In this document: positions 1 through 11,000 of the stretch, in pieces
Layout of the letters: each line of letters starts with the position of its first letter
Position numbering within the stretch: the stretch's first letter is position 1
Source: Ignavibacteria bacterium
GTDB lineage: Bacteria; Bacteroidota; Ignavibacteria; Kapaibacteriales; Kapaibacteriaceae
Direction: 5' to 3'
Assembly (NCBI GenBank): GCA_040380835.1
Contig: JBEIIK010000004.1
Span: 1-55,706 of the forward strand
DNA length: 55,706 nucleotides
The notes under the pieces: generated by a model
The model's input: the letters and a program-made list of their open reading frames with translations, nothing else
Databases searched by the model: none
What the model was told of the DNA's origin: nothing
Translations under genes and position numbers: made by a program

Positions 1-920
1 GCACTTGACATATTGCCAAAGTCACGCAGAATACTACGCGCCATGTCGAATGTTGCCTCAGGCAGTCCTGTGGCCTGCGAGTAGGCTTCAAGTACCTTTG
101 AGCCGCCCGGATGAGCGATCACATCACGGACTTCTTGACGATCGATTCCCCAGGCCATGCAGGCGTCAATGAGCACATCAGGGACATGTTCACGCACGAA
201 TGCAGGAATATCGCGGGAGAATCTCACCGACAATCCGTCATCGGTCACATCCCAGCCCATGATGTCATGCGTGTCAGGGAAAAGTGTGCTGTGACAGTCA
301 ACGATCTCCGGACCGCCCCCTTCCGAACCGATGAGCACCGCAGCGGCTCCATCACCGAAGATCGAGCTGGCCACGATGTTTGACTTGCGCGCGTCGGACT
401 GACGAAAGGTGACGCTGCAGATCTCGACGGCTACCATCAGGACCGGCACGCCGCTAAGACCGCGAGAAAGCTCGGCTGCACGGGCCAGACCAGCCACGCC
501 GCCGGCACAGCCGAGACCGAAGATCGGTAGGCGTTTTGTAGTGGCCGGCAATCCCAACCGCTGGATCAAGGACGCATCAAGGGACGGCGTCATGACGCCC
601 GTGGAGCTGACCACAACAATGGCCCGAACCGAATCCAGATGATCTCCGGCAGCAGCCCTGGCCGCATTCTCCGCAAGCTCGAGAGCTGACTCGGCAAAAA
701 CGGCATTGGACTCACCAAAGCCATGATCACGCTCGTACCATTCCGGGGGACACACAAAGTGGCGCGTATGAATATGATCATGCTCAAACACCCTTAACAG
801 CCGATCTAGGTCGCTCACACGGTGACCAAAGACCCGCTCAACGATCCGTCGAACGATCAATTGATCAACGGTGTACTGCGGAACCGCAGTTGCGACGCTG
901 ATAATTCGTACAGTACTCAT
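1..920 (-). CDS. Type III polyketide synthase (chalcone/stilbene synthase superfamily), 3'-truncated by the window edge
   Basis: Not in the ORF track. Manual minus-strand translation from ATG 920 ([14 protein letters not shown]...) stays open to position 1 and contains GLGCAGG (catalytic Cys), [17 protein letters not shown] (His) and GNMSS (Asn). ATGA overlap with the upstream stop. Confidence 0.93.
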   Translation of the reverse strand, partial: MSTVRIISVATAVPQYTVDQLIVRRIVERVFGHRVSDLDRLLRVFEHDHIHTRHFVCPPEWYERDHGFGESNAVFAESALELAENAARAAAGDHLDSVRAIVVVSSTGVMTPSLDASLIQRLGLPATTKRLPIFGLGCAGGVAGLARAAELSRGLSGVPVLMVAVEICSVTFRQSDARKSNIVASSIFGDGAAAVLIGSEGGGPEIVDCHSTLFPDTHDIMGWDVTDDGLSVRFSRDIPAFVREHVPDVLIDACMAWGIDRQEVRDVIAHPGGSKVLEAYSQATGLPEATFDMARSILRDFGNMSS

Positions 921-1717
921 GGCTTCTCTGTGACCGGGTCGATCTCCGGATGTTCACAGGTGTTGCGGAAGACAAGCTGCGAGAGTCTCTTACGATGTGC
1001 ACTGCTCCAGTCAATACGTGGACGCTGACGATCTGCCGGCAAGTAGCCAAGGCGGTATACCGCCATCAGCTCCATGTCATCCGGCACCTTCATGATGCGC
1101 TTCAGCTCGTTCCACGCCCCGGGTATCTCCATCGGGGTCGATACAAACTGGATGCCCAAACCAAGTTCGGTGGTCATCAGCCAGATATGCTCTATGGCCA
1201 TGCCAAGCGAGAGCGTGCAGTAGAAGCCACTGAGCTCACCGGGACGGTATTCTTCCTTGCTCAGAAGCGCAGCCAGTAACAACGGACTCCCTTCGATAAG
1301 CTTGCGATTGTCCTCTCCGAGCATTCGCGCAACGCCAAGCTTGGAAAGCACATTCATGACACTATCCGAAAACACCTGCTTGATAAAGGGGCGAAGCGCA
1401 ACCGGCATCTGGTCAATAAAGATCCCGTCACGACGTTCGTCCATCTCCTTTTCGGAGAAGCGAAAGTACTTTCTATATCTTGTAAAGAACGTTCCCCCTT
1501 CGATCAGTTGCGTCATCGTTCTGCCGCCAATCTCGGCAATCCTTGTGCGGATGGACGGATCATCGACCAGCACAAAACGCCAAGGTTGCGAATTGAAGTG
1601 ACTCGGGGCACGCTCGGCGGCCTGGATGAGCATGTGCTGATGCTCAAGGCTAACCGGACGCGGATCAAAAGCCCCGTTCGTTGTCTTGCGCGACTGGATC
1701 GACTCCCAGAGCGTCAT
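917..1717 (-). CDS. Nitroreductase-family FMN oxidoreductase
   Basis: N-terminal [22 protein letters not shown]-terminal [11 protein letters not shown] and YRLGY motifs; ATGA overlaps with both neighbours. Confidence 0.85.
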   Translation of the reverse strand: MTLWESIQSRKTTNGAFDPRPVSLEHQHMLIQAAERAPSHFNSQPWRFVLVDDPSIRTRIAEIGGRTMTQLIEGGTFFTRYRKYFRFSEKEMDERRDGIFIDQMPVALRPFIKQVFSDSVMNVLSKLGVARMLGEDNRKLIEGSPLLLAALLSKEEYRPGELSGFYCTLSLGMAIEHIWLMTTELGLGIQFVSTPMEIPGAWNELKRIMKVPDDMELMAVYRLGYLPADRQRPRIDWSSAHRKRLSQLVFRNTCEHPEIDPVTEKP

Positions 1718-3510
1718 TCGCCCTGCTCGTAGAGTGAGTCTACTACGTCGGCATAGCGTTCTAACACAGCCTTGCGCTTCACCTTCAGCGTCGGTGTAAG
1801 CATTCCGTTTTCGACGCTGAACGCCTCAGGGATGACGGCAAAGCGCCGCACCTTCTCAAACTTTGAGAGATCCCTCTGCAGCTTGTTGATTTCCTTCTCA
1901 ACCGTCGAGCGAAGGGAGTCATTACCGACCAGCTCTTCCCATACGTTTGTGGCAACGCTGTTCTTCTCACCCCACGCCTTGGTTGCCTCTTTATCCAATA
2001 CGATCAGCGCAGTACAAAACTCGCGTGCATCACCGACAAGCATCACCTGATCGACAAACGGGCACTGCGCGATCAGAGCCTCTATGGGCTGCGGGGCGAT
2101 ATTCTTTCCACCCGATGATACGAGCAGATGCTTCTTGCGATCAGTGATTCGTAAGTGTCCTCGATCGTTAAACTCACCGATATCGCCCGTATGAAGCCAT
2201 CCCTCGGAGTCGATGGTCTTGGCTGTCTCCTCTTCATTTCGCCAGTATCCTCGCATGATATTTGGACCGCGAGCAAGGATCTCTCCGTCTTCGGCGATCT
2301 TGACTTCAACTCCCGGTATCGGCTTTCCAACGGTACCCAGAGCGATATCTTCCAGTCTGTGAACACTGATCACCGGCGACGATTCTGTCAGACCGTACCC
2401 TTCGACGATCTTGATCCCAAAGACCTGAAAGAACCGACCGATCTCGGGATTGAGCGCCGCTCCACCGGAGACAAAGAACCGCAGGCGCCCACCGAAGCGA
2501 TCGCGGATCTTTGAGTAAACGAGCTTGTCTGCAATGGCATGCTGCAGAGCCAGGACAGGTCCGCCTTTGCCACTGACTCGTGCCTCACCCACCGAGTATG
2601 CCCAGCGGAAGATCTTCTTCTTGATGGGCTTGTCCTTCTCAACTGTTGAAAGTATCCGCAGTCTGATGCGCTCAAAGAGTCTCGGAACAGATGTCATCAT
2701 TGTTGGACGCACCTGACGCATGAGTTCTGCCACGGTCTCGATGGACTCGGCAATGGTCAATGAGCCCCCTACTGAGAAGGCAAGGTAGAATCCCGCCATG
2801 CGCTCGAAAATGTGGCAAAGGGGCAGGTAAGACACCAGTGAGTCTGTATCGTAAAGCGTGATGACCGTCTGCGATGAGAGCACGTTGGAGATCAGGTTGT
2901 TGTGCGTAAGCATCACACCCTTGGGGTTCCCTGTTGTGCCGCTCGTGTAGATCAGCGTCAGCAGATCATCGGACTTTATCTGCGAAGCGGAGGAAACGTA
3001 AAGGTCCCGACGGTACTCGGCCGTCGTCGCTGCTACCGCCTGTGACATGAGCGATGACATCGTCAGGACACGTGGATCGTCACACTCGACCTCATTCATC
3101 GTGATGATGTGGCGCAGCATTGGCAGATCGTCCCAGACCTGGCGAAGTTTATTCAGTTGAAGCTGATTTGAGACCACGACACAGACGGCATCGCAGTCAT
3201 GGTAGATGAACTGCAGCTGTTTCGGGGTCAGTGTCGGAAAGACAGGGACATCAATGATACCCAGTCCCACCATGGCAAAATCACTGATAAACCAGTCAGT
3301 GCGGTTTTCACTGACAATCCCGACCCGCTCACCCTTGCGAATTCCGAGAGCATGCAATCCAGCTGCAAGCAGTTCAACTTTATACCGTAAGGTATCATGC
3401 GTGATGGTCTTCCATTCACTTGCAACTCGCTCGGTGTACGGGAACTTGTCTGTTCGCCCGACATACTTTTCACAGACACTGATGAAGAGTTCGGGTATTG
3501 TCGTGATCAT
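1714..3510 (-). CDS. Long-chain fatty acid-CoA ligase (AMP-binding family)
   Basis: [31 protein letters not shown] and TPTLKVKR motifs; AGGAG upstream of the ATG. Confidence 0.92.
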   Translation of the reverse strand: MITTIPELFISVCEKYVGRTDKFPYTERVASEWKTITHDTLRYKVELLAAGLHALGIRKGERVGIVSENRTDWFISDFAMVGLGIIDVPVFPTLTPKQLQFIYHDCDAVCVVVSNQLQLNKLRQVWDDLPMLRHIITMNEVECDDPRVLTMSSLMSQAVAATTAEYRRDLYVSSASQIKSDDLLTLIYTSGTTGNPKGVMLTHNNLISNVLSSQTVITLYDTDSLVSYLPLCHIFERMAGFYLAFSVGGSLTIAESIETVAELMRQVRPTMMTSVPRLFERIRLRILSTVEKDKPIKKKIFRWAYSVGEARVSGKGGPVLALQHAIADKLVYSKIRDRFGGRLRFFVSGGAALNPEIGRFFQVFGIKIVEGYGLTESSPVISVHRLEDIALGTVGKPIPGVEVKIAEDGEILARGPNIMRGYWRNEEETAKTIDSEGWLHTGDIGEFNDRGHLRITDRKKHLLVSSGGKNIAPQPIEALIAQCPFVDQVMLVGDAREFCTALIVLDKEATKAWGEKNSVATNVWEELVGNDSLRSTVEKEINKLQRDLSKFEKVRRFAVIPEAFSVENGMLTPTLKVKRKAVLERYADVVDSLYEQGE

Positions 3511-3548
3511 GATTATAGTCTCTCCTGGCAGAATCGTGGAATATGCAA

Positions 3549-5477
3549 CTAGTCTGCAAATGACCAGTCAACACTCAAACGAAAAACCCTCGTCAGTTCC
3601 GGTGCGTTCAAAACTGTGGTCCATCGACTACCAAAAATATTCTCGTAGGACAACCTAAGACTGGCATTACCGACCACTGCTGTCATGAAGGCCGACGTAC
3701 CGTCAAACTGCGCCGCAGACCGTCCAGCCCCCTGACGGAATGTCCAGAAGAGTGGTTCGTAGCCCGGCAACACTGAGGCCGGCATCCATGAGGCCATCAC
3801 ACCAAATCGAATGCTGTTCGATGTCGTACGGTACTCGTACGAGAGTGAACAATCAAACAACAACATCGTGGCACTCGCCGCCGCGGCATCCAGTGCGGAG
3901 TGCTGGTATCGAATTCTAGGCGTGACATCAATTCCAGCCATACGGCCTTGGCCACGCAAAAGAAGCCCCATGACCGAGCGACGGCCTGAGTTGAGAAACG
4001 ACTGTGACGCGCTACTACCCTCTTTGCCGAGTTCAATTGCATCGTCGATTTGGCGGTAGAATCCCACGAATCCGACCTCGAACCCTCCGACGGTCGTGGC
4101 GGCCTCAATCACCGTCAACACGTGTCGTTCCGACAGAACCGCAAACCGCTCCTGGATTGCCGACGGAGACTGCTGGAACATGGAAACATCTGCCTTGACG
4201 ATGGCAGATCCACTGAGCACACTCGCGCCAAGTCCGTAGGATAGAGCTAGGCCTTCCGAGACGGAATGAGCGCGCAATGCCGATCGAAGGTGAATGGCGG
4301 TCGAAAAGGCATAATCCGCGTGGGCAAAGAACTCCGGTTGCACGGAGGTGAACCGGCGCGTAAGGCTTGATGAATCGATGTTTCGAAGAGCAACGTGTGA
4401 CCCAGCCCTGAGACGCAGAGCGCCATGTTTCTCGTCGAGCCTGATCACAAAGCCTGAATGAGTACCGCCGACTGAGCCCACACCGGACGTATCACCGGTG
4501 AGAACAAACAGCGCTGATCCGAGATTTCGATGCATCGACTGGCCGGATACGTAGGCCTGCCCCGAGAGCACGGACGTCGAGTCATCCGAGAGATGTCTCT
4601 GATACGTCGCCGTCAGATCATGGCGGCGCGACTCATCCTGAAGCGTTCGGTCTCCCGACAAAGACACCGGTGTGGTCTCCTCAAACGTGCTGGCCGCAGC
4701 TGAGGTGTCGAGACCGCCCCAAATCTGTGAATTCAGTGTCGAAAGGCCGTACCGTACCAGCAGACTCTGACGCGCGTCGATCGACCACCGTGTTTGTAGA
4801 TCCAGATTCCACTGATCATAATCGGTGCGCTGATAACGGCCACGGGCACCGGCACGGCGCACATTGACCGAGACATTCAGCCCCCTAGCAATGTTCTGTG
4901 CAAAAACAACGTTAGCAGCAACCAGATCCCCCGCTCCTTGGTGGTACCACATGCTCATGTAGGGGGCTGAAGAGTTGTAGATCACCGACTGCATATTGAT
5001 CAGCGTCGACGATGGCTGCGCCGAGAGCCCGATAGCATCGGTACCATAAAGAAACTCGATACGTTCGAGACTGCCGACCGGAGTCTGCGCTATATGAAAC
5101 TGTCCCGACCACAGATCTTCCATCGGCCTGCCATCGAGACTGACCCGCATCTGAGCGGGACTGGCCCCCAACATTGATATGGCATCATACTGACCGAAAC
5201 CTCCATTGCGAAGAGGCATCCACAGCGTGGAGCGCCGTAACAGGTCCGCCATGCTTTCAAACTGGACGGTACGGATGTCCTGCTTTCGAAGTCCGGTGCA
5301 CGCACCGATGGTCGAATCTGTAAACCTGCCCAGAGAGCGATCGGGCATCATCAAGCTATCCGAAGCTGCGAAGAGACGACTACTGACTCCAAGCACGAAC
5401 GCCACTATCGCCAGTAAAGTAGCAGAGCATCTGCATGACTTTGTCCCGGGGATGATGGCGTTACCGCGCATTGTCAA
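3549..5477 (-). CDS. Outer-membrane beta-barrel with a TonB-dependent-receptor-like plug (putative porin)
   Basis: Signal-peptide-like N-terminus; plug-like segment DLLRR...VSLDGRP...LERIEFLYG; amphipathic strands; terminal VDWSFAD. Start codon uncertain (TTG 5477 or the next ATG). Confidence 0.65.
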   Translation of the reverse strand: MTMRGNAIIPGTKSCRCSATLLAIVAFVLGVSSRLFAASDSLMMPDRSLGRFTDSTIGACTGLRKQDIRTVQFESMADLLRRSTLWMPLRNGGFGQYDAISMLGASPAQMRVSLDGRPMEDLWSGQFHIAQTPVGSLERIEFLYGTDAIGLSAQPSSTLINMQSVIYNSSAPYMSMWYHQGAGDLVAANVVFAQNIARGLNVSVNVRRAGARGRYQRTDYDQWNLDLQTRWSIDARQSLLVRYGLSTLNSQIWGGLDTSAAASTFEETTPVSLSGDRTLQDESRRHDLTATYQRHLSDDSTSVLSGQAYVSGQSMHRNLGSALFVLTGDTSGVGSVGGTHSGFVIRLDEKHGALRLRAGSHVALRNIDSSSLTRRFTSVQPEFFAHADYAFSTAIHLRSALRAHSVSEGLALSYGLGASVLSGSAIVKADVSMFQQSPSAIQERFAVLSERHVLTVIEAATTVGGFEVGFVGFYRQIDDAIELGKEGSSASQSFLNSGRRSVMGLLLRGQGRMAGIDVTPRIRYQHSALDAAAASATMLLFDCSLSYEYRTTSNSIRFGVMASWMPASVLPGYEPLFWTFRQGAGRSAAQFDGTSAFMTAVVGNASLRLSYENIFGSRWTTVLNAPELTRVFRLSVDWSFAD

Positions 5478-5506
5478 TTCACAGTCCGAACCGATCGGAA
5501 CGATCT

Positions 5507-7981
5507 TTAAGAAACGTCAGCTTCAGGTGAGGCTTCGTCCGATACGGCGTCTTCCTCTCGGCTTACCGTTGTGATATCAGCGATGTTGTCACCTTCTTCG
5601 AGACGAATCAGCTTAACCCCCTGAGCATTGCGACCGAGCACACGCACGTCTTTGACCGGCTGACGGATCAGAATACCGTTGGTGGTTATCACGACAAGGT
5701 CTTCGCCGTCATTCACCTCAAGAATCGCGCAGATCGTGCCTGTCTTTTCAGTCATATTCATGGCGATCACACCCTTGGCTCCGCGCTTGGTCTTTCGGAA
5801 GTCCTCGACCACCGTACGCTTGCCAACGCCGCGCTCACCAACGATTATGACATGCGCATCTGAGCGACGAACGGCCGTCAGAGAGATCACATGATGATCA
5901 TCTAGAAGAGCAATCCCGCGCACGCCTGCTGCCGCACGTCCCATCGGGCGTACATCGGACTCGTGGAAACGCACAGCTAAGCCGTTGGATGCCCCAATGA
6001 GGATCTCCATAGAGCCATCCGTCAGACGCGCGCCGATCAGGCGGTCGTCATCGTCAAGGTTAACGGCGATGATTCCGTTCGAACGCACATTGGCGAAGTC
6101 CTTCAAGGCAGTCTTCTTGACGGTACCATTACGTGTTGCCATGAAAATGAAAACGTCATCACGGTCAAAGTCAGTCACTGAAAGATAAGCCGTGACTTTT
6201 TCGTCAGCCTGTTTCTGAATGACATTAGCCAGAGAGCGCCCCTTGGCAGTACGAGATCCCTCAGGAATATCGTACACCTTCTGACGATACACCCGACCAC
6301 GATCGGTGAAGAACAGCATATAATGATGCGTTGAAGCACGGAAGACATGCTCCACCCAGTCATCGTCATAGGTGCCAGAGCCGGAAACACCCCGACCACC
6401 GCGATGCTGCCGACGATAATTGGTTACTGCTGTTCGCTTGATGAAACCGTTGTGGGAAATCGAGACGATCACCTCTTCGTTGGCGATCATGTCCTCAAGC
6501 GTGAAATCCTTGGCGTCATAGACGATCTGCGTACGGCGTTCATCACCGTACTTGGCAGAAAGCTCCTTGAGTTCGGTCGAAATGATCTGCATTTGCAGGT
6601 CCTTGCTGGCCAGTACCGAACGCAGGTGTTCTATTGTCTTGATGAGCTCGGCATACTCATTCTGAATCTTCTCGCGCTCAAGGCCTGTAAGGCGCTGAAG
6701 ACGCATGTCCAGTATGGCCTTGGCTTGAATCTCAGATAAGCCAAACCGCTCCTGGAGCCGTGCCGAGGCCATCGGCACGTCCTTGGATTCCTTGATGGTC
6801 TTGATCACCGCGTCGATATTGTCGAGAGCGATGATGAACCCTTCCAGGATATGGGCCCGCTTTTCAGCTGCGTCAAGATCAAACTGCGTACGACGAACGA
6901 CAACCTCGATGCGATGCTTGAGGAACTCTTCCATGAGTTCCTTGAGTGTCAGAATACGAGGACGTCCGTTGACCAGCGCCAGCATGATCACACCGAAGGT
7001 GACCTGCATCTGCGTGTGCTTGTAAAGGTTGTTCAGCACAACCATCGGCACCGCATCTCGCTTGAGCTCGATCACGATGCGCATTCCGTCACGGTCCGAC
7101 TCATCACGGATATCAGAAATATCCTCGAGCGACTTTGCCTTGACCAGATCTGCGATCTTCTCGATCAGACCAGCCTTTGAGACCTGATACGGAAGCTCCG
7201 AGACAACGATCGATTCGCGGCCCTGCTTGTTGGTTTCGATACTTGCCTTGGCACGGACTAGTATCTTGCCGCGCCCCGTGGTGTAGGCGCTTCGCACGCC
7301 CTCGTAACCGTAGATGATCCCACCTGTCGGGAAGTCGGGAGCTGTTACGTGCTGAATGAGTTCCTGATTGGTTATCTCCGGATCGGAAATAACAGCCTGA
7401 ATTCCCGAAACCACCTCTCGCAGATTATGCGGCGGGATGTTGGTGGCCATGCCGACGGCGATACCATTCGCCCCATTGACCAGGAGCGTTGGAAGAACGG
7501 CGGGAAGGACTGTCGGCTCCTCTAGCGAATCATCAAAATTGGGACGAAAATCGACGGTGTTCTTGTCGATGTCACGCATGACTTCCATCGCCAGCCCGGC
7601 CATCCGTGTTTCGGTATAGCGCATAGCAGCCGGCGAGTCACCGTCGATCGAACCAAAGTTGCCCTGTCCATCAACAAGCGTATAGCGCATCGACCAGGTC
7701 TGTGCAAGGCGCACCATGGCATCGTACACTGCACTGTCACCGTGGGGGTGATACTTCCCCAGCACCTCACCAACGATACGGGCGCTTTTCTTGTATGGTC
7801 GATTGGGCATCATACCCAACTCGTACATCGCGTAAAGGATGCGTCGATGCACGGGCTTCATACCATCGCGAACATCCGGGAGGGCACGCGAAACGATAAC
7901 CGACATCGAGTAGTCAAGGTAGGAATCACGCATTTCGTCCTCCATCAGGACGGTCATGATCCGCTCATTCAGAAGTGCCAT
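5507..7981 (-). CDS. gyrA: DNA gyrase subunit A
   Basis: [37 protein letters not shown] (catalytic Tyr), GyrA-box QHRGGRG and beta-pinwheel repeats. Confidence 0.98.
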   Translation of the reverse strand: MALLNERIMTVLMEDEMRDSYLDYSMSVIVSRALPDVRDGMKPVHRRILYAMYELGMMPNRPYKKSARIVGEVLGKYHPHGDSAVYDAMVRLAQTWSMRYTLVDGQGNFGSIDGDSPAAMRYTETRMAGLAMEVMRDIDKNTVDFRPNFDDSLEEPTVLPAVLPTLLVNGANGIAVGMATNIPPHNLREVVSGIQAVISDPEITNQELIQHVTAPDFPTGGIIYGYEGVRSAYTTGRGKILVRAKASIETNKQGRESIVVSELPYQVSKAGLIEKIADLVKAKSLEDISDIRDESDRDGMRIVIELKRDAVPMVVLNNLYKHTQMQVTFGVIMLALVNGRPRILTLKELMEEFLKHRIEVVVRRTQFDLDAAEKRAHILEGFIIALDNIDAVIKTIKESKDVPMASARLQERFGLSEIQAKAILDMRLQRLTGLEREKIQNEYAELIKTIEHLRSVLASKDLQMQIISTELKELSAKYGDERRTQIVYDAKDFTLEDMIANEEVIVSISHNGFIKRTAVTNYRRQHRGGRGVSGSGTYDDDWVEHVFRASTHHYMLFFTDRGRVYRQKVYDIPEGSRTAKGRSLANVIQKQADEKVTAYLSVTDFDRDDVFIFMATRNGTVKKTALKDFANVRSNGIIAVNLDDDDRLIGARLTDGSMEILIGASNGLAVRFHESDVRPMGRAAAGVRGIALLDDHHVISLTAVRRSDAHVIIVGERGVGKRTVVEDFRKTKRGAKGVIAMNMTEKTGTICAILEVNDGEDLVVITTNGILIRQPVKDVRVLGRNAQGVKLIRLEEGDNIADITTVSREEDAVSDEASPEADVS

Positions 7982-8014
7982 ATCCCCTTAGAAACAATGG
8001 TGTTTGCCAGTCGA

Positions 8015-8022
8015 CAAAAGTA
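8015..8022 (-). promoter_or_regulatory. Bacteroidota-type -7 promoter element (TACTTTTG) for gyrA
   Basis: Matches TAnnTTTG, preceded by TTCG, 33 nt upstream of the ATG. Confidence 0.6.
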
Positions 8023-8048
8023 CGAAAACGCCCCATCTTGAAAGGGGC
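8023..8048 (-). terminator. Weak intrinsic-terminator-like hairpin after the C25 peptidase gene
   Basis: Minus strand GCCCC-9nt-GGGGC followed by GTTTTCG; overlaps the gyrA promoter region. Confidence 0.3.
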
Positions 8049-8062
8049 TCAAAGGCCTGTAT

Positions 8063-11000
8063 CTAGGGCGTTACAAGCAGATTTCGGGTCAATGTGGATA
8101 ACGTTTTTCCGTCGATGGCGAGTAGCTCGACAACGATGGTATAAACACCCGGCCCGAGCACATAATCCGCGGCGACAGGATCGATTTTGATCGAAGTCCG
8201 ACCGGATGAAACCTGTACACGTCGTGTACCGAACAATCGGCCCTGCATATCGTACGTAGCCACACGAACGCCCGCGGTTGAATCCGCGAGCGCAGCATCA
8301 AACTGGACGGTGAAGGCGCTCTGACGAGTGCCGGGATTAGGATATACGAGCAGGTGCGATATGGCTGAACGCTCAGTCAGAAAAAGAGAGATCTCCGCCG
8401 TATCGGCGTTACCACTGACATCTCTGGCACGCATGATGACGAGATTCTCACCCGATTCCATCGGAAATTGAAATCTCAGAACCGCTCGAGCATCGGTATT
8501 GTATCCTGGTTCATTGAGCAGTGCGGCAGTACCGATGAATTCCCATTGCTGAACATTGTCACGTCGGATCCGGTTGCCATTTACGAAGACGGTTAGGTTG
8601 TCCTCTGATTCGATTGGTAAACGGCAACTGTCACTAACAAGAACCTCAAACAGAGGTGCGCGCTGAACATACAGACCATCACTACAAGGCACGCCGTCGG
8701 CCATAAGCGTAATGAACGGGGCCGAAGTGTCCTCCGCCACCGTGCCTGCCCCCTGCCAGATTGTGAACACTCGATGCCTGAGCGGCAGTGTCGATTCCTG
8801 ATCCACCGTTGCCAGCACCCGATACCTCTGGGGCAGACTTTCACTGGCAACAACAAACGTTTCGTCGGCGAAACTCTGCTGCGCGACACTTCGGATTCTA
8901 TTCTGCCGGACAAGCTCGCCTGCAGCCGTGTCCTGAATTGATAAACTCAATGGTGCCGACACACTTCCGTGTGCGCGGCGTGCATTGACAAGACGAATTT
9001 TTATACCCAGCGTGTCACCGCGGGTTGGACGATCCGGCTCTATCATGCCACTTGCCACAACAACCTGCGGACGCGGAGCGAAGCGAAGATCAATAGACCG
9101 CGCAACCGGAAAGGGCTCGCGCTCGCTGGCCCGCAACCTGAGCGATGCCGGAGCATAGGAGTATCCCGGCTGTGGCTGCCACTGAGCCGAGTCTATCGTC
9201 AGTGTGTCGTCAACTCCAGACGGTGATCTTCTCTGGAGCGTCAGCTCTGCGTTTCCAGTTGCTTTGATAGAGAGTCCGCTCCAGCGCCCTATCAGCAGCG
9301 GCGGCAATGGCAGCGTCAGCAGGGAGTCCGTGAATTGAATATCTACCGTAGAGGAGACAATCGAACCGGATGTGGAGATTCTCTCGGCGTAGGGCTGATC
9401 CTTATTGCTCTTTGAGCCTACAAGAACGTAAGAGGCAGAAATCTGCAGTGAATCAGCTTTCCTTGCGCCGAGGTCCTGCAATTGCCTCTTCAACTCATCC
9501 ATCAGCGAGTCACGCTTGAATCGTGTAAATGATTCATCGCAGGCAACAAGCGCAATGATCTCGTGTGCTTTTATCGAGTCCCGCACAAAACGAATGAACT
9601 CACGGGCATACCCGCTGTGACCGGCTTCGACCGGTGAGGCATTTGGAGACGTATCAAAGCGCCGAACGGCGCGCGGAACGGTATCATACGGCGCAAACAC
9701 GGCAATGTTCAGACCTTGCCGAAATGAGTTCTCAAGAATGATGTTATCTCGGACCCGAATCGACATATACGGCTGCCGAACGGGGTCAGCCGTTGGTTTA
9801 CCGCCGGAAAGCACGGTAACCGGAACCGGATACCTCGGCAGAATAATTCCGCCGGCCTTGGCATCGATGATCTTTCTATTCCCGCCGTCGAGCACGTCCG
9901 GCAGTAAACGGTGCCTTTCTGGATCAGCTGCACCCTGCAACAGCACTACCGGTTGCCATGCGATCTGCACCGCAGGTTGTCCAGGTCGCTGTTTCGGCCA
10001 TGCCCCTATCCAGTAAGTCCTAAGCGAATCCGCCCGGAATACATCAGCTAGGCTCCAGTCTACTAGTGAAGGGGCTCCAGTAACCGCTCGCCTGACGTCT
10101 CTGCTCTGCGATCGAATCACCATGGTGGTCGTGTCCGGCGCTGAGCAGACAGCGAATTCAACGTTCAGGTCACTCTCATGTCCAGGCGCTGAGAGGACAT
10201 CGATCACACGCACTGCAGCTGATGCAGGGTCGATCACTTCGAAGGCGTCAGGCTCAAGAATGATCAGCGACCTCAGGCGGACATCCTGTCTAACAGTTAC
10301 CGAGTTGTTCGCGAGATTATCACCGATCCGACGCTGTGGGTCAACAGTTAACGTCAGGGTATGAAGCCCGGCCATACCGCCTATTGGCAGACGGAATTCA
10401 GCCACGGTCTGACGGCAGAAGCCCCTTTCGACGACCAACGTGATCGTATCAGCGCGATCATTGAAGGTGCGGATCAGCCTGAGATCGACATCGAACTTCG
10501 TGGCAAGGCCATGATTCCATACTTCCGCGCGAATGATCATCGTGCTGTCATCATCAACGATCTGATCGGTCCCGCCGCGTAACGTCGTTAAACGCATGCG
10601 ATCTGCGGCAACCGACAGTTCAGCGGTCGTGTCTATATGAACTCGGGTAAACGGATCACCAAGAATGCCGAACTGCATCGACGTGTTCAGTGCAAAGACG
10701 GAATTGGTACGCGAGAAACTGGACTTTGCTTCATAGACGATCTGCCCCAGGTCACGCAATGATGTCGACAGCAGTGTCTCGTGGATGCGATAGTGAAGAA
10801 ACTCAGCGGCACTGATGTACTGCAGACCGCTTGAACCAATCGAGGCGACCGAGCCCTTGAGCGGTTCGAACAGATACTTGGCGTTCTCACATGTAGCCGA
10901 TGGACTGGAATAGGAACCCGTAAGGCACGAATACGTCGCAAGGATAGGATAGCGGCCTACATTAGTAAGCTGTGGAGCTTCCCAATCAGCAATGTCAAAC

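Noticed and set aside
111-787. Short ORFs at 111-383, 409-642 and 590-787 in the track
   Set aside because: All are alternative frames of the type III PKS, which the track missed because it runs off the window edge.
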